Assembly: GCA_964016885.1 (NCBI GenBank) | Contig: OZ024740.1 | Location: 149,544,001-149,608,000 of the forward strand | Direction: 5' to 3' | Length of the DNA: 64,000 bases | Source: Eledone cirrhosa | Lineage: Eukaryota | Shown here: positions 27,489-42,392 of the stretch, one piece after another | Position numbering within the stretch: the first letter of the stretch is position 1 | How the letters are laid out: every line of letters begins with the position of its first letter | Position numbers and translations under genes: made by a program | Notes under the pieces: model-generated | What the model was told of the DNA's origin: nothing | The model's database searches: none | The model's input: the letters and a program-made list of their open reading frames with translations, nothing else

Positions 27489-27535
27489 TGCCTTGAAAAG
27501 TCCCACCATATGGTCGGACGAAACGGCTGTCGGCA
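27489..27535 (+). ncRNA. Type I hammerhead, U3-A8 core variant, in a PLE 3' fragment (27116-27690)
   Basis: TGCC-TTGAAAA-GTCC c ACCA ta TGGT c GGAC-GAAA-CGGCTG-TC-GGCA; 27125-27184 is an inverted copy of 27526-27586. Confidence 0.78.
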
Positions 27536-27708
27536 ATAAACTTGTAGTAATGTCATAATAGTTCCTTTGTTCTTTTTCATTAATATTTCTGCTCTGCTTA
27601 TCCGCATAGAGCTTAACTAGCTACCGTCACATATTTGGTAGGTCAGACGTGATCATCGCGATTCACATACGACCTACCATACATCTTACTTATATTAATA
27701 TATATATA

Positions 27709-27744
<36 letters not shown>

Positions 27745-28037
27745 TATATATATATTAATATATATATATATATATTAATATATATATATATATATATATA
27801 TTAATATATATATATATATATATTAATATATATATATATATTAATATATATATATTAATATATATATCTATATATATTAATATATATATATTAATATATA
27901 TATATATATATATTAATATATATATATATATATATTAATATATATATATATATTAATATATATATATTAATATATTAATATATATATATATATATTAATA
28001 TATATATATATATATTAATATATATATATATATATAT

Positions 28038-28188
28038 AAGCCGCCTGGACTACTGCTCCCAGTTGTGGTCACCCCATTGTGTCAAACTAACCACGGAGCT
28101 TGAGTCAATCCAGCGAAGCTACACCAAGAGGATTGCCACGATGAAGGAGACAAGCTACTGGGAGAGGCTAAAGGAACTGAACCTCTAC
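28038..28188 (+). mobile_element. CR1 fragment
   Basis: Near-identical to 20951-21101. Confidence 0.88.
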
Positions 28189-29780
28189 CTGTAAGAGACG
28201 ATCTGGACCTCTTAAACCACCTCCGCAAACATGTCAACAATGACACTATTATTGTGTCTTTCGATGTAGTGAATCTCTACACAACGATCCCACACCAATA
28301 CGGACTAGAAGCAATAGGATTCTGGCTAGAGAAATATCCCAATGAGATAACTGGCAGAATAGAAAATGGCTTCATCACCGAGGGATAAAAATTCATCTTA
28401 CAGAACAACTTTTTTGATTTCGATGGCAGTACTTACAAGCAAATATCGGGGACTGCGATGGGTACAAAAGCCGCTCCAACTTATGCCAACTTAGTCATGG
28501 CATACTTAGAAGTCCAGATATATGAACAGTCCAAATCAAAATACGGATTGAACTTCCACAAATATTTATCAGAGAATTGGAAACGCTACTTGGATGATTG
28601 TCTCATTCTTTGGTCCCACACACTCGACCAACTGAAGGATTTCAAAAACTTAATAAACGGCATCAATTAACACATCCAATTCACAATGGAATACAGCCAA
28701 GATCAACTCCCATTTCTGGACATCTTAATCTTAAAAAAAGACACAAATATTGAAATTGACATACACTACAAACCAACAGATTCCAAACAATACCTGCTAT
28801 TCACCTCCAACCATCCAAAGCACACGAAGACGAACATTCCTTTTAACCTAGCAAGAAGAATTTGCATAATTGTCTCCAATTATGAAACGCGAAATAAAAG
28901 ACTTCAAGAATTAAAGGAAATTCTACTCGAAAAAGAGTACCCACCATTACTAATAAATAATGGAATAGAAAAGGCTAAAGCAATAGGCATTGATGAATTA
29001 CGAAAACAGAAACAAATTCAAGGTACGTTCAATATTCTATCATATATCTCAACACACAACCCAAGAAATGCGGAAGCTTACAACACTATTCACAAGAACA
29101 TCCCACTACTAAAAAAAAACCCAAGAATCAAAAAAGCCCTTGAAACACACAAAATAATCAAAAGCAAAAGACAACCAAAATCACTGAAAACATTACTCAC
29201 CAATGCCAAATTACCTACCACAAACCCACAACCAACTGTCAAAAAATGTGGTCGCTCTAATTGTGGAACCTGCACTCACCTCATTGAAGGCAACACGTAT
29301 ACATTTAAATCAGGACAAAATTTTACTGTAAAAAATCACTTCACTTGCTCATTAAAAAATCTACTTTATGCCATTAAATGTAAAGGATGCAATGAAGATT
29401 ATATAGGACAAACTAAACTCACACTCAGAAACAGAATGACAGTTCATCGCCAACAATTACGAGATCCAACCACGAGACAGATACCACTAAGCGCATATCT
29501 AGACATTTTCCTAAACACACACACACGCACACACACACAATATATATATATATTCTCTTCATCTTAACATGCTAACCATACTCCCACACACACAACACCC
29601 ATACACACACATAACAACCCCCACTCCCACACACACAACTCCCTCCCCCATTTCTAATAATAGAATCACTTTCCTACACACACAAAATATATATATTCTC
29701 TCCATCTTAACATACTCCCACACACACACACATAACACCCATATACCCCCCCCCATTTCTATTAATAGAATCCTCTTCCA

Positions 29781-29838
<58 letters not shown>

Positions 29839-30543
29839 GCACACAAATAAACATACATATCTTTACTTTCTTTACTTCAATAGAAAATCTGAATTCTGAC
29901 ACCCCAGCGAACTAACCATATTCACTGAACCAGAACAATTCTCCCATCCAATTTCTCTTGACCATTATCTTTTGCTTCTCAAAGTATTCTCTAAAAAGGC
30001 TACTGAATAGGTTTCCAAATAAGGGCGCGAAAATTTAATGAAAACTTGTTAACGTGACAGCCATAATTTCATTTATAACCAATCAAATTACGTTTATTAA
30101 AAAAAAGCCTTCGTGAGCTCCCTTTTTTTAAGTAAAAGGACATTCAAACACTCATATATGAAAAAAAAAACCCTGTGACCCCCCTCCCCCACACCATTGT
30201 TTGAAAACTTTGTAACGCGAACTGGCGCGAAATTTATTATAATTATTTACCAACCAATCAAATTACTCTCGAAAGACCTGGCATTTCGAGCCACTTTTTC
30301 CATATAAAACAAGTAACGTTCAGAGACCAACCAAATGTGAGAAAAACCACAGAACCTCCATCTCAACTCTACTTTTGAAAAGCAGAAGAACAGCGAAACC
30401 GGTAAAGGAACCAAATAAATATATATATATTTTTTAAAATAAGACTCCAGTTGCATTTTCGATTTCATCTTTTTTCTTTATACTTTGATTCGTGTAGGAC
30501 ACCTCGGTTATTTTTCATTTTGTTAAAAAAACCTCACTTTCTA
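28189..30543 (+). mobile_element. Neptune-like Penelope element, 5'-truncated (RT, GIY-YIG, 3' UTR)
   Basis: SFDVVNLYTTIP, GTAMGTKAAPTYANL, KRYLDD, LPFLD, HYKPTD..YL...SNHP, CGRSNCGTC, FTC..NLLYAIKCKGC..YIGQT; ends in (TA)n. Confidence 0.9.
30372..30407 (+). ncRNA. Minimal hammerhead (U3-A8) in Neptune-like 3' UTR
   Basis: CTT-TTGAAAA-GCAG aagaa CAGC-GAAA-CCGG-TA-AAG. Confidence 0.68.
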
Positions 30544-30566
30544 ATATATATATATATATAAATAAA

Positions 30567-30605
<39 letters not shown>

Positions 30606-30610
<5 letters not shown>

Positions 30611-30814
30611 AACCAGTAAGACCCCGACAGCTGAGCTCAAGCCGTTTCGACGGCTAATTCTGGACTAATTCTGGACTAGTCCAGAATTAGCCGTCGAAAC
30701 GGCTTGAGCTCAGCTGTCGGGGTCTTACTGGTTCCTATTACCCACTCTACTACCTCAAGTATTGAGTACTTTGGTGCGTTATGGTCCACCTGGTTCCTTA
30801 CCACATTTCCTTCG

Positions 30815-30817
<3 letters not shown>
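30606..30817. repeat. Fold-back palindrome of Naiad-like pLTR end inside (TA)n
   Basis: About 60-bp perfect arms around GGACTAGTCC (30673-30682) with an 11-bp duplication at the centre; homologous to 21607-21746 and 23043-23114. Confidence 0.9.
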
Positions 30818-30861
<44 letters not shown>

Positions 30862-30865
<4 letters not shown>

Positions 30866-31128
30866 GAAATTCTATTTAAATTGTTGGGATACAACAAGCA
30901 AATATTTTTATAACTGATATAAAGCACTCAACAAATAATTGGAGTAAAAATACGATATTAACAAATGGAAACTCTATTTATAAAACCATATTTATTTCAT
31001 TATACATATTTCAAGGACACCAAGTTAAATTATGGTGTGCTTTCTTCGGATAAAATATAATATAGTGCAGTTTTATAAATGAATATTGACATACCCTTAA
31101 AGAATGCGACCATTACTGTTGGAAGCTC
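30862..31128 (-). mobile_element. PLE 3' terminus with HHR (family also at 45848 and 53406)
   Basis: Homologous to 45848-46110; minus-strand TATTTTAT-CCGAAGA..GAAA-TATGTA-TA-ATGAAATA at 30993-31057. Confidence 0.75.
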
Positions 31129-34100
31129 CATACGTACATATATATATATTATAATAAATATTCGGTGAATCCATACGTACATATATATATATGTGTGCAT
31201 GTATGTATATACATACTACTCTACGTCTGTATACATATATGTATGTTCGTATACATACTTATATTTAAGTAACAGCCATACTAAGAGAAATGAAATTTCG
31301 TTTCATTTTTTCCGTTTATCGTTTTAGGTACGCCCGGCCGATTAACTCACTCGATATGTAAATTAGGCTGCTCAGCCGTTAATATACATAAGGAAAGTAT
31401 ATACTTTCAGACGTTCAATCATCTGGCAGGAAGGTATGGTATATGTTGCTGACAATAGCTAATAAGCTTGAAACTAGTAGAGCGTTCCTTTGTCAGTGTT
31501 GAACAAATGAGCAACGATGGTTGCTAGACACTACGGCTTAATCCGGGATGTATGTTTAAAAACACCCCGAGCATTATAATACATGTTCGGTGAATCCATA
31601 CGTACATATATATGTGTGCATGTATGTATATATATATACATACTACTGTACGTCTGTATACATATATGTATGTACGTATACATACTTATATTTAAATAAC
31701 AGCCGTACTAAATTCCGTTTCACTTTTTTCCGTTTATCGCTTTCGGAGCGCCGGCCGATTAACTCACTCGATATGTAAATTAGGCTGCTCAGCCCTTAAT
31801 ATGCATAAGGAAAGTATATACTTTCAGACGTTCAATCATCTGGCAGAAAGGTATACGTTGCTGACGATAGCTAATAAGCTTTAAACTAGTACATTGTTCC
31901 TTTGTTAGTGTTTAACAAATGAGCAACGATGGTTGCTAGACACTGTACTGCTTAATCCGTGATGTTTGTTTACAAACACCGCGAGCATTATAATAAATGT
32001 TCGGTGAATCCATACGTATATATATATGTGTGCATGTATGTATATATATATACATACTACTGTACATCTGTATACATATATGTATGTACGTATACATATT
32101 TATATTTAAGTAACAGCCGTACTAAGAGAGAGAAATGAAATTTCGTTTCATTTTTTTCGTTTATCGATTTCGCTGCGCCCGGCCAATTAACTCACCCGAT
32201 AAGTAAATTAGGCTGCTCAGACGTTAATATGCATAAGGAAAGTATATACTTTCAGACGTTCAATCATCTGGCAGGAAGGTATACGTTGCTGACGATAGCT
32301 AATAAGCTTGAAACTAGTACATTGTTCCTTTGTCAGTGTTGAACAAATGAGCAACGATGGTTGCTCGACACTGTACTGCTTAATCCGGGATGTTTGTTTA
32401 CAAACACCGCGAGCATTATAATAAATGTTCGGTGAATCCATACGTACATATATATATGTGGGCATGTATGTATATATACATACATACTACTGTACGGTTG
32501 TATACATATATGAATGTACGTATACATACTTATATTAAAGTAACAGCCGTACTAAGAGTGAGAAATGAAATTTCATTTTTTTTTTCCGTTATCGTTTTCG
32601 GTGCGCCCGGCCGATTAACTAACTCAATATGTAAATTAGGCTGCTCAGCCGCTAATATGCATAAGGAAAGTATATACTTTCAGACGTTCAATCATGTGGC
32701 AGGAAGGTATACGTTGCTGACGATAGCTAAGAAAATTGAAACTAGTACAACGTTCCTTTGTTAGTGTTGAACAAATGAGAAACGATGGTTGCTAAAGACT
32801 GTACGGCTTAATCCAGGATATTTGTTTACACACACACCGAGCCTCATAATAAATGTTCGGTAAATCCATACGTACATATATATATGTGTGCATATATGTA
32901 TATATATATATACATACTACTGTACGTCTGTATACATATATGTAAGTACGTATAAATACTTATATTTAAGTAAGAGCCGTACTAAGAGTGAGAAATAAAA
33001 TTTCGTTTCATTTTTTCCGTTTATCGTTTTCGGTGCGCCCGGCCGATTAACTAACCCGATATGTAAATTAGGCTGCTCGGCCGTTAATATGCATCAGGAA
33101 AGTATATACTTTCAGACGTTCAATCATCTGGCAGGAAGGTATACGTTACTGACGATAGCTAATAAGCTTGAAACTAGTGCAGTGTTCTTTGTCAGTGTTG
33201 AACAAATGAGCAACGATGGTTGCTAAAGACTGTACGGCTTAATCCAGGATATTTGTTTACACACACACCGAGCATTAAAGTAAATGTTCGGTGAATCCAT
33301 ACGTACATATATATATGTGTGCATGTATGTATATATATATATATACATACTACTGTACATCTGTATACATATATGCAAGTACGTATAAATACTTCTATTT
33401 AAGTAACAGCCGTACTAAGAGAAATGAAATTTCGTTTCATTTTTTCCGTTAATCGTTTTCGGTGCGCCCGGCCGATTAACTCACCCGATATGGAAATTAG
33501 GCTGCTCGACCGTTAATATGCATCAGGAAAGTATATACTTTCAGACGTTCAATCATCTAGCAGGAAGGTATACGTTGCTGACGATAGCTAATAAGCTTGA
33601 AATTAGTACAGCGTTCCTTTGATAGTGTTGAACAAATGAGCAACGATGGTTGCTAGACACTGTACGGCTTAATCCGGGATGTATGTTTAAAAACACCCCG
33701 AGCATTATAATAAATGTTCAGTGAATCCATACGTACATATATATATGTGTGCATGTATGTATATATATATATACATACTACTGTACGTCTGTATACATAT
33801 ATGTAAGTACGTATAAATACTTATATTTAAGTAAGAGCCGTACTAAGAGTGAGAAATAAAATTTCGTTTCATTTTTTCCGTTTATCGTTTTCGGTGCGCC
33901 CGGCCGATTAACTCACCCGATATGTAAATTAGGCTGCTCGGCCGTTAATATGCATCAGGAAAGTATATACTTTCAGACGTTCAATCATCTGGCAGGAAGG
34001 TATACGTTACTGACGATAGCTAATAAGCTTGAAACTAGTGCAGTGTTCTTTGTCAGTGTTGAACAAATGAGCAACGATGGTTGCTAGACACTGTACTGCG

Positions 34101-37100
34101 TAATCCAGGATGTTTGTTTACAAACACCCCGAGCATTATAATAAATCTTCGGTGAATCCATACGTACATATATATATGTGTGCATGTATGTATATATATA
34201 TATACATACTACTGTACGTCTGTATACATATATGTAAGTACGTATAAATACTTATATTTAAGTAACAGCCGTACTAAGTGAAATGAAATTTCGTTTCATT
34301 TTTTCCGTTTATCCTTTTAGGTGCGTCCGGCCGATTAACTCACCCGATATGTAAATTAGGCTGCTCAGCCGTTAATATGCATAAGGAAAGTATATACTTT
34401 CAGACGTTCAATCATCTGGCATGAAGGTAAACGTTGCTGACGATAGCTAATAAGCTTGAAATTAGTACAGCGTTCCTTTGATAGTGTTGAACAAATGAGC
34501 AACGATGGTTGCTAGACACTGTACGGCTTAATCCGGGATGTATGTTTAAAAACACCCCGAGCATTATAATAAATGTTCGGTGAATCCATATGTACATATA
34601 TATATGTGTGCATGTATGTATATATATATATACATACTACTGTACGTCTGTATACATATATGTATGTACGTATACATACTTATATTTAAATAACAGCCGT
34701 ACTAAGTGTGAGAAATGAAATTCCGTTTCATCTTTTTCCGTTTATCGCTTTCGGTGCGCCGGCCGATTATCTCACTCGATATGTAAATTAGGCTGCTCAG
34801 CCCTTAATATGCATAAGGAAAGTATATACTTTCAGACGTTCAATCATCTGGCAGGAAGGTATACGTTGCTGACGATAGCTAATAAGCTTGAAACTAGTAC
34901 ATTGTTCCTTTGTCAGTGTTGAACAAATGAGCAACGATGGTTGCTAGACACTGTACGGCTTAATCCGGGATGTATGTTTAAAAACACCCCGAGCATTATA
35001 ATAAATGTTCGGTGAATCCATACGTACATATATATATGTGTGCATGTATGTATATATATATACATACTACTGTAAGTCTGTATACATATATGTATGTACG
35101 TATACATATTTATATTTAAGTAACAGCCGTACTAAGAGTGAGAAATGAAATTTCATTTCATTTTTTCCGTTTAACATTTTCGGTGCGCCCGACCGATTAA
35201 GTCACACGATATTTAAATTAGGCTGCTCAGCCGTTAATATGCATCAGGAAAGTATATACTTTCAGACGGTCAATCAATTGGCAGGAAGATATACGTTGCT
35301 GACGATAGCTAATAAGCTTGAAACTAGTACAGCGTTTCTTTGTCAGTGTTGAACACATGAGCAACGATGGTTGCTAGACACTGTTCGACTTAATACGGGA
35401 TGTTTGTTTACAAACACACCGAGCATTATAATAAATGTTCGGTGAATCCATACGTACGTATATATATATATGTGCATGTATGTATATATACATACTACTG
35501 TACGTCTGTATACATATATGTATGTACGTATACATACTTATATTTAAGTAACAGCCGTACTAACAGTGAGAAATAAAATTTCGTTTCATTTTTTTCGTTT
35601 ATCGCTTTCGGTGCGCCGGCCGATTAACTCACTCGATATGTAAATTAGGCTGCCCAGCCCTTAATATGCATAAGGAAAGTATATACTTTCAGACGTTCAA
35701 TCATCTGGCAGGAAGGTATACGTTGCTGACGATAGCTAATAAGCTTGAAACTAGTACATTGTTCCTTTGTCAGTGTTGAACAAATGAGCAACGATGGTTG
35801 CTAGACACTGTACTGCTTAATCCGGGATGTTTGTTTACAAACTCCGCGAGCATTATAATAAATGTTCGGTGAATCCATACGTACATATATATATGTGTGC
35901 ATGTATGCATATATATACATACATACTACTGTACGGTTGTATACATATATGAATGTACGTATACATACTTATATTAAAGTAACAGCCGTACTAAGAGTGA
36001 GAAATGAAATTTCATTTTTTTTTCCGTTATCGTTTTCGGTGCGCCCGGCCGATTAACTAACTCAATATGTAAATTAGGCTGCTCAGCCGCTAATATGCAT
36101 AAGGAAAGTATATACTTTCAGACGTTCAATCATCTGGCAGGAAGGTATACGGTGCTGACGATAGCTAAGAAACTTGAAACTAGTACAACGTTCCTTTGTT
36201 AGTGTTGAACAAATGAGCAACGATGGTTGCTAAAGACTGTACGGCTTAATCCAGGATATTTGTTTACACACACACCGAGCATTATAATAAATGTTCGGTG
36301 AATCCATACGTACATATATATATGTGTGCATGTATGTATATATACATATAGATACTACTGTACGTCTGTATACATATATGTAAGTACGTATAAATACTTA
36401 TATTTAAGTAACAGCCGTACTAAGAGAAATGAAATTTCGTTTCATTTTTTCCGTTATCGTTTTCGGTGCGCCCGGCCGATTAACTAACTCAATATGTAAA
36501 TTAGGCTGCTCAGCCGCTAATATGCATAAGGAAAGTATATACTTTCAGACGTTCAATCATCTGGCAGGAAGGTATACGTTGCTGACGATAGCTAAGAAAC
36601 TTGAAACTAGTACAACGTTCCTTTGTTAGTGTTGAACAAATGAGCAACGATGGTTGCTAAAGACTGTACGGCTTAATCCAGGATATTTGTTCACACACAC
36701 ACCGAGCATTATAATAAATGTTCGGTGAATCCATACGTACATATATATATATGTGTGCATGTATGTATATATACATATACATACTACTGTACGTCTGTAT
36801 ACATATATGTAAGTACGTATAAATACTTATATTTAAGTAAGAGCCGTACTAAGAGAAATGAAATTTCGTTTCATTTTTTCCGTTTATCCTTTTAGGTGCG
36901 CCCGGCCGATTAACTCACTTGATATGTAAATTAGGCTGCTCAACCGTTAATATGCATAAGGAAAGTATATACTTTCAGACGTTCAATCATTTGGCAGGAA
37001 GATATACGTTGCTGACGATAGCTAATAAGCTTGAAACTAGTACAGCGTTCCTTTGTCAGTGTTGAACAAATGAGCAACGATGTTTGTTAGACACTGTACC

Positions 37101-39774
37101 GCTTAATCAAGTATGTTTGTTTACACACACCCCGAGCATTATAATAAATGTTCAGTGAATCCATACGTACATATATATATATGTGTGCATGTATGTATAT
37201 ATATATATAGATACTAGTGTACGGTTGTATACATATATGTATGTTCGTATACATACTTATATTTAAGTAACAGCCATACTAAGAGAAAAGAAATTTCGTT
37301 TCATTTTTCCGTTTATCGTTTTCGGTACGCCCGGCCGATTAACTTACACGATATGTAAATTAGGCTGCTCAGTCTTTAATATGCATAAGGAAAGTATATA
37401 CTTTCAGACGTTCAATCATCTGGCAGGAAGGTATACGTTGCTGACGATAGCTAATAAGTTTTAAAATAGTACAGCGTTCCTTTGTCGGTGTTGAACAAAT
37501 GAGCAACGATGGTTGCTAGACACTGTACGACTTAATCCGGGATGTTTGTTTACAAACACACCGAGCATTATAATAAATGTTCGGTGAATCCATACGTACA
37601 TATATATAAGTGTGCATGTATGTATATATACATACTACTGTACGTCTGTATACATATATGTATCCCACCTCCCGTATACTAACACCCACTAACACCTCTT
37701 CACCAAACTACACACACACCAGTACACCACACTCCCTCTATAGAACCACACACACCCTTCTCTCCCCGCTCCACCCACACCCCCGCTCCACACTCACTCA
37801 TCCCACTAACACCCCTACTAATACACACACACACACACACACTCTCCTCACTCCAACTTTCACACCTACCCATCCTCGCCCCCTTACCATTCAAACGACT
37901 GCTGCTATGCCCTTCTGACCACCTCCCAGCACCAACAGACCACAGCACTCCCACTGCTGACCACTTCCTGTTGCGCGCGCACCCCACATCTCTCCTCTTC
38001 CGACCACCGCTTCATGGATTACCCACACGCAGAAATTGACTTATAACCAATCCTCCAAACATCCTTGGAACTTACCAACTTTTCAACCATCCTCTTACGT
38101 CATCACCTATATAACTCACCCACACACACACCCCCAAACATTTTTTTCTCCACACGCCACCCACACCCACAACACGCTTAAACCCCACACACACGTGCTT
38201 CCCACCAAATATTTACACCCTCAGCCTCCTGATTCCTCTCCCCCCACCCCCTATCCACACACGCACAGACACTCCGACCCACAAAAAGACCCCCCACACA
38301 CACCTCTTCCTGAACATGCAACCCCGTTCTTCCCCCAACCCTTACTTTCACATACACACACACACACACACACCTACACACACACACCACATTCAGCCCT
38401 CCCCGCTCGGACACCCCGTCTCCCTCTCCCCACTCCACCCGCCACCACCCCTACTCAACCCACACCCTTCCACCACCTGTTTACCCCACTTTTAATTTCA
38501 GTTTATTTTGATCATTCCTTTATTTTTAAATTTTCTCATTCCTTGTATTTTGATCATGCTTTATTTTTATTTCTTATCTTTATTTGTTAATTTTTCATTC
38601 GCACCGTTTCCTTTCGCTATATGTCTCTCCACCACTCCCCTACACACCTTTTGAACTCTGTTCCCACACACTTCTCACCTGAGTAAGGACTTATGCCCGA
38701 AACGTCGTCCCCCACCTACCCACCACTCTCCTGAGCGTGAAATTAATAAACATTTATTGTACTGCCTCTCTGTTTTGTCCCTGTTTAAATTTTTCCATTA
38801 CGTATACATACTTATATTTAAGTAACAGCCGTACTAAGACTGAGAAATGAAATTTCTTTTGATTTTTTCCGTTTATCGTTTTCGGTGCGCCCGGCCGATT
38901 AACTCACTTGATATGTAAATTAGGCTGCTCAGCCGTTAAAATGCATAAGGAAAGTATATACTTTCAGACGTTCAATCATTTGGCAGGAAGATATACGTTG
39001 CTGACGATAGCTAATAAGCTTGAAACTAGTACAGCGTTCCTTTTTCAGTGTTGAACAAATGAGCAACGATGGTTGCTAGACACTGTACGGCTTAATCCGG
39101 GATGTTTGTTTACAAACACACCGAGCCTTATAATAAATGTTCGGTGAATCCATAAGTACATATATATATATGTGTGCAAGTATGTATATATATATACATA
39201 TTATTGTACGTCTGTATACATATATCTATGTACGTATACATACTTATATTTAAGTAACAGTCGTACTAAGAGTGAGAAATGAAATTTCGTTTCATTTTTT
39301 CCGTTTATCTTTTTGGTGCACCCGGCCGATTAACTCACTCGATATGTAAATTAGGCTGCCCAGCCGTTAATATGCATAAGGAAAGTATATACTTTCAGAC
39401 GTTCAATCATCTGGCAGGAAGGTGTACATTGCTGACGATAGCTAATAAGCTTGAAACTAGTACAGCGTTCCTTTGTTAGTGTTGAACAAATGAGCAACGA
39501 TGGTTGCTAGACACTGTACGGCTTAATCCAGGATGTTTGTTTACACACACACCGAGCATTATAATAAATGTTCGGTGAATCCATACGTACATATATATAT
39601 GTGTGCAAGTATGTATATATATATATATACTACTGTACGTCTGTATACATATATGTATGTTCGTATACATACTTATATTTAAGTAACAGCCATACTAAGA
39701 GAAATGAAATTTCGTTTCATTTTTTCCGTTTATCGTTTTCGGTACGCCCGGCCGATTAACTCACTCGATATGTA

Positions 39775-39777
<3 letters not shown>
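31128..39777 (+). repeat. Tandem array of ~430-bp hammerhead-containing units (retrozyme-like satellite, subfamily A)
   Basis: 17 HHR cores at 31449, 31861, 32289, 32717, 33149, 33578, 34010, 34437, 34869, 35299, 35726, 36155, 36582, 37012, 37441, 39001, 39432; consensus ACGTTG-CTGACGA-T-AGCT aata AGCT-T-GAAA-CTAG-TA-CARCGT. Confidence 0.95.
37664..38798 (+). mobile_element. CA/C-rich PLE 3' UTR fragment inserted in the array
   Basis: Interrupts a unit at ATATGTAT|TACGTATAC; degenerate PLE-type HHR CTGAGTAA-GGAC ttat GCCC-GAAAC-GTC at 38679-38706; AATAAA downstream. Confidence 0.7.
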
Positions 39778-40673
<896 letters not shown>

Positions 40674-40689
40674 ATATATATATATATAT

Positions 40690-40780
<91 letters not shown>

Positions 40781-41261
40781 TATATATATATATATAAAAT
40801 ATATATATATATATTTATAAAATATATATATATCTCTCTCTTCGGTCTGCGACTTCACAAAACTTATGTTTACCGAATTCGTAGACCAGACCCCTTTATC
40901 TTCTTCTTCTTCTTCTTCTTCTTCTTCTTCTTCTTCTTCTTCTTCTTCTTCTTCTTCTTCTTCTTCTCTCTTTTTTCCCCCCGTCAGACTTGTGCGAAAT
41001 TCTTTCCTTGCTCACATTTCAACCAGGTTTGATGGTCTTTTGTCTCTTGTTCACGATTTCACCGAGTTTATATTCATAGAGATCTGGGACTTGTCTATTT
41101 CTTCTCACTTTCCGTTGCTTAAACCTTTTTGTTTGTTACCCTGGCGTCCCCTTTGTTTACGTGTCCCAACGACTTTTTTTAGCTGTTGTTCGCACCAACC
41201 TGAGGCATATGGCCCTTAAAGCGATGAAATGCCTGGGACGGTTGGAGGGTCACTGATGAAG

Positions 41262-41448
41262 ACACCGAGCATTATAATAAATGTTCGGTGAATCCATACG
41301 TGCATATATGTGTGCATGTATGTGTATATATATATACATACTACGGTACGTCGGTATACATATATGTATGTACGTGTACATACTTATATTTAAGTAACAG
41401 CCGTACTAAGAGTGGGAAATGAAATATCGTTTCATTTTTTCCGTTTAT
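41262..41448 (+). repeat. Partial subfamily A unit
   Basis: ACACCGAGCATTATAATAAATGTTCGGTG through hairpin and T-run, then (TA)n. Confidence 0.88.
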
Positions 41449-41454
41449 ATATTA

Positions 41455-41485
<31 letters not shown>

Positions 41486-41631
41486 AAGAGAGAGACAGAG
41501 AGAGAAATTTATAAAAAATATATATATTTTATATATATATATAATATATATATATATATAAAATATATATATATATATATATATATTTATAATATATATA
41601 TATATATAAAAAATATATATATATATATAAA

Positions 41632-41684
<53 letters not shown>

Positions 41685-41686
41685 TA

Positions 41687-41722
<36 letters not shown>

Positions 41723-42333
41723 ATATATATATATATATATAATATAATTATATATATATACAATATATATATATATATATATAATATAATTATATATATA
41801 TAAAATATAATTATATATATATATAAAATATATATTTATATATATAAAATATAATTATATATATATATAAAATATATATATATATATATAAAATATATTT
41901 ATATATATATATATAAAATATTTTTATATATATATATATGAAATATATATATATATAAAATATATTTATATATATATATATGAAATATATATATATATGA
42001 AATATATATATATATAAAATATATTTATATATATATAAAATATATTTATTTATATAAATTATATTATATATATATATATGAAATATATATATATATAATA
42101 TATTTATATATATATAAAATATATTTATATATATATAAAATATATTTATATATATAAATTATATTATATATATATATATAATATATTTATATATATATAA
42201 AATATATTTATATATATATAAAATATATTTATATATATAATATATTTATAGATATATAAAATATATTTATATATATATATATATAAAATATATTTATATA
42301 TTTAAAATATATTTATATATATATATGTATTAA

Positions 42334-42386
<53 letters not shown>
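41449..42386. repeat. (TA)n / AAAATATATTT cryptic minisatellite (also 27695-28037, 44588-45847, 48849-49868, 50390-50668, 51447-51947, 52801-53405)
   Basis: Almost pure A/T; (TA)n punctuated by palindromic AAATATATTT. Confidence 0.95.
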
Positions 42387-42392
<6 letters not shown>

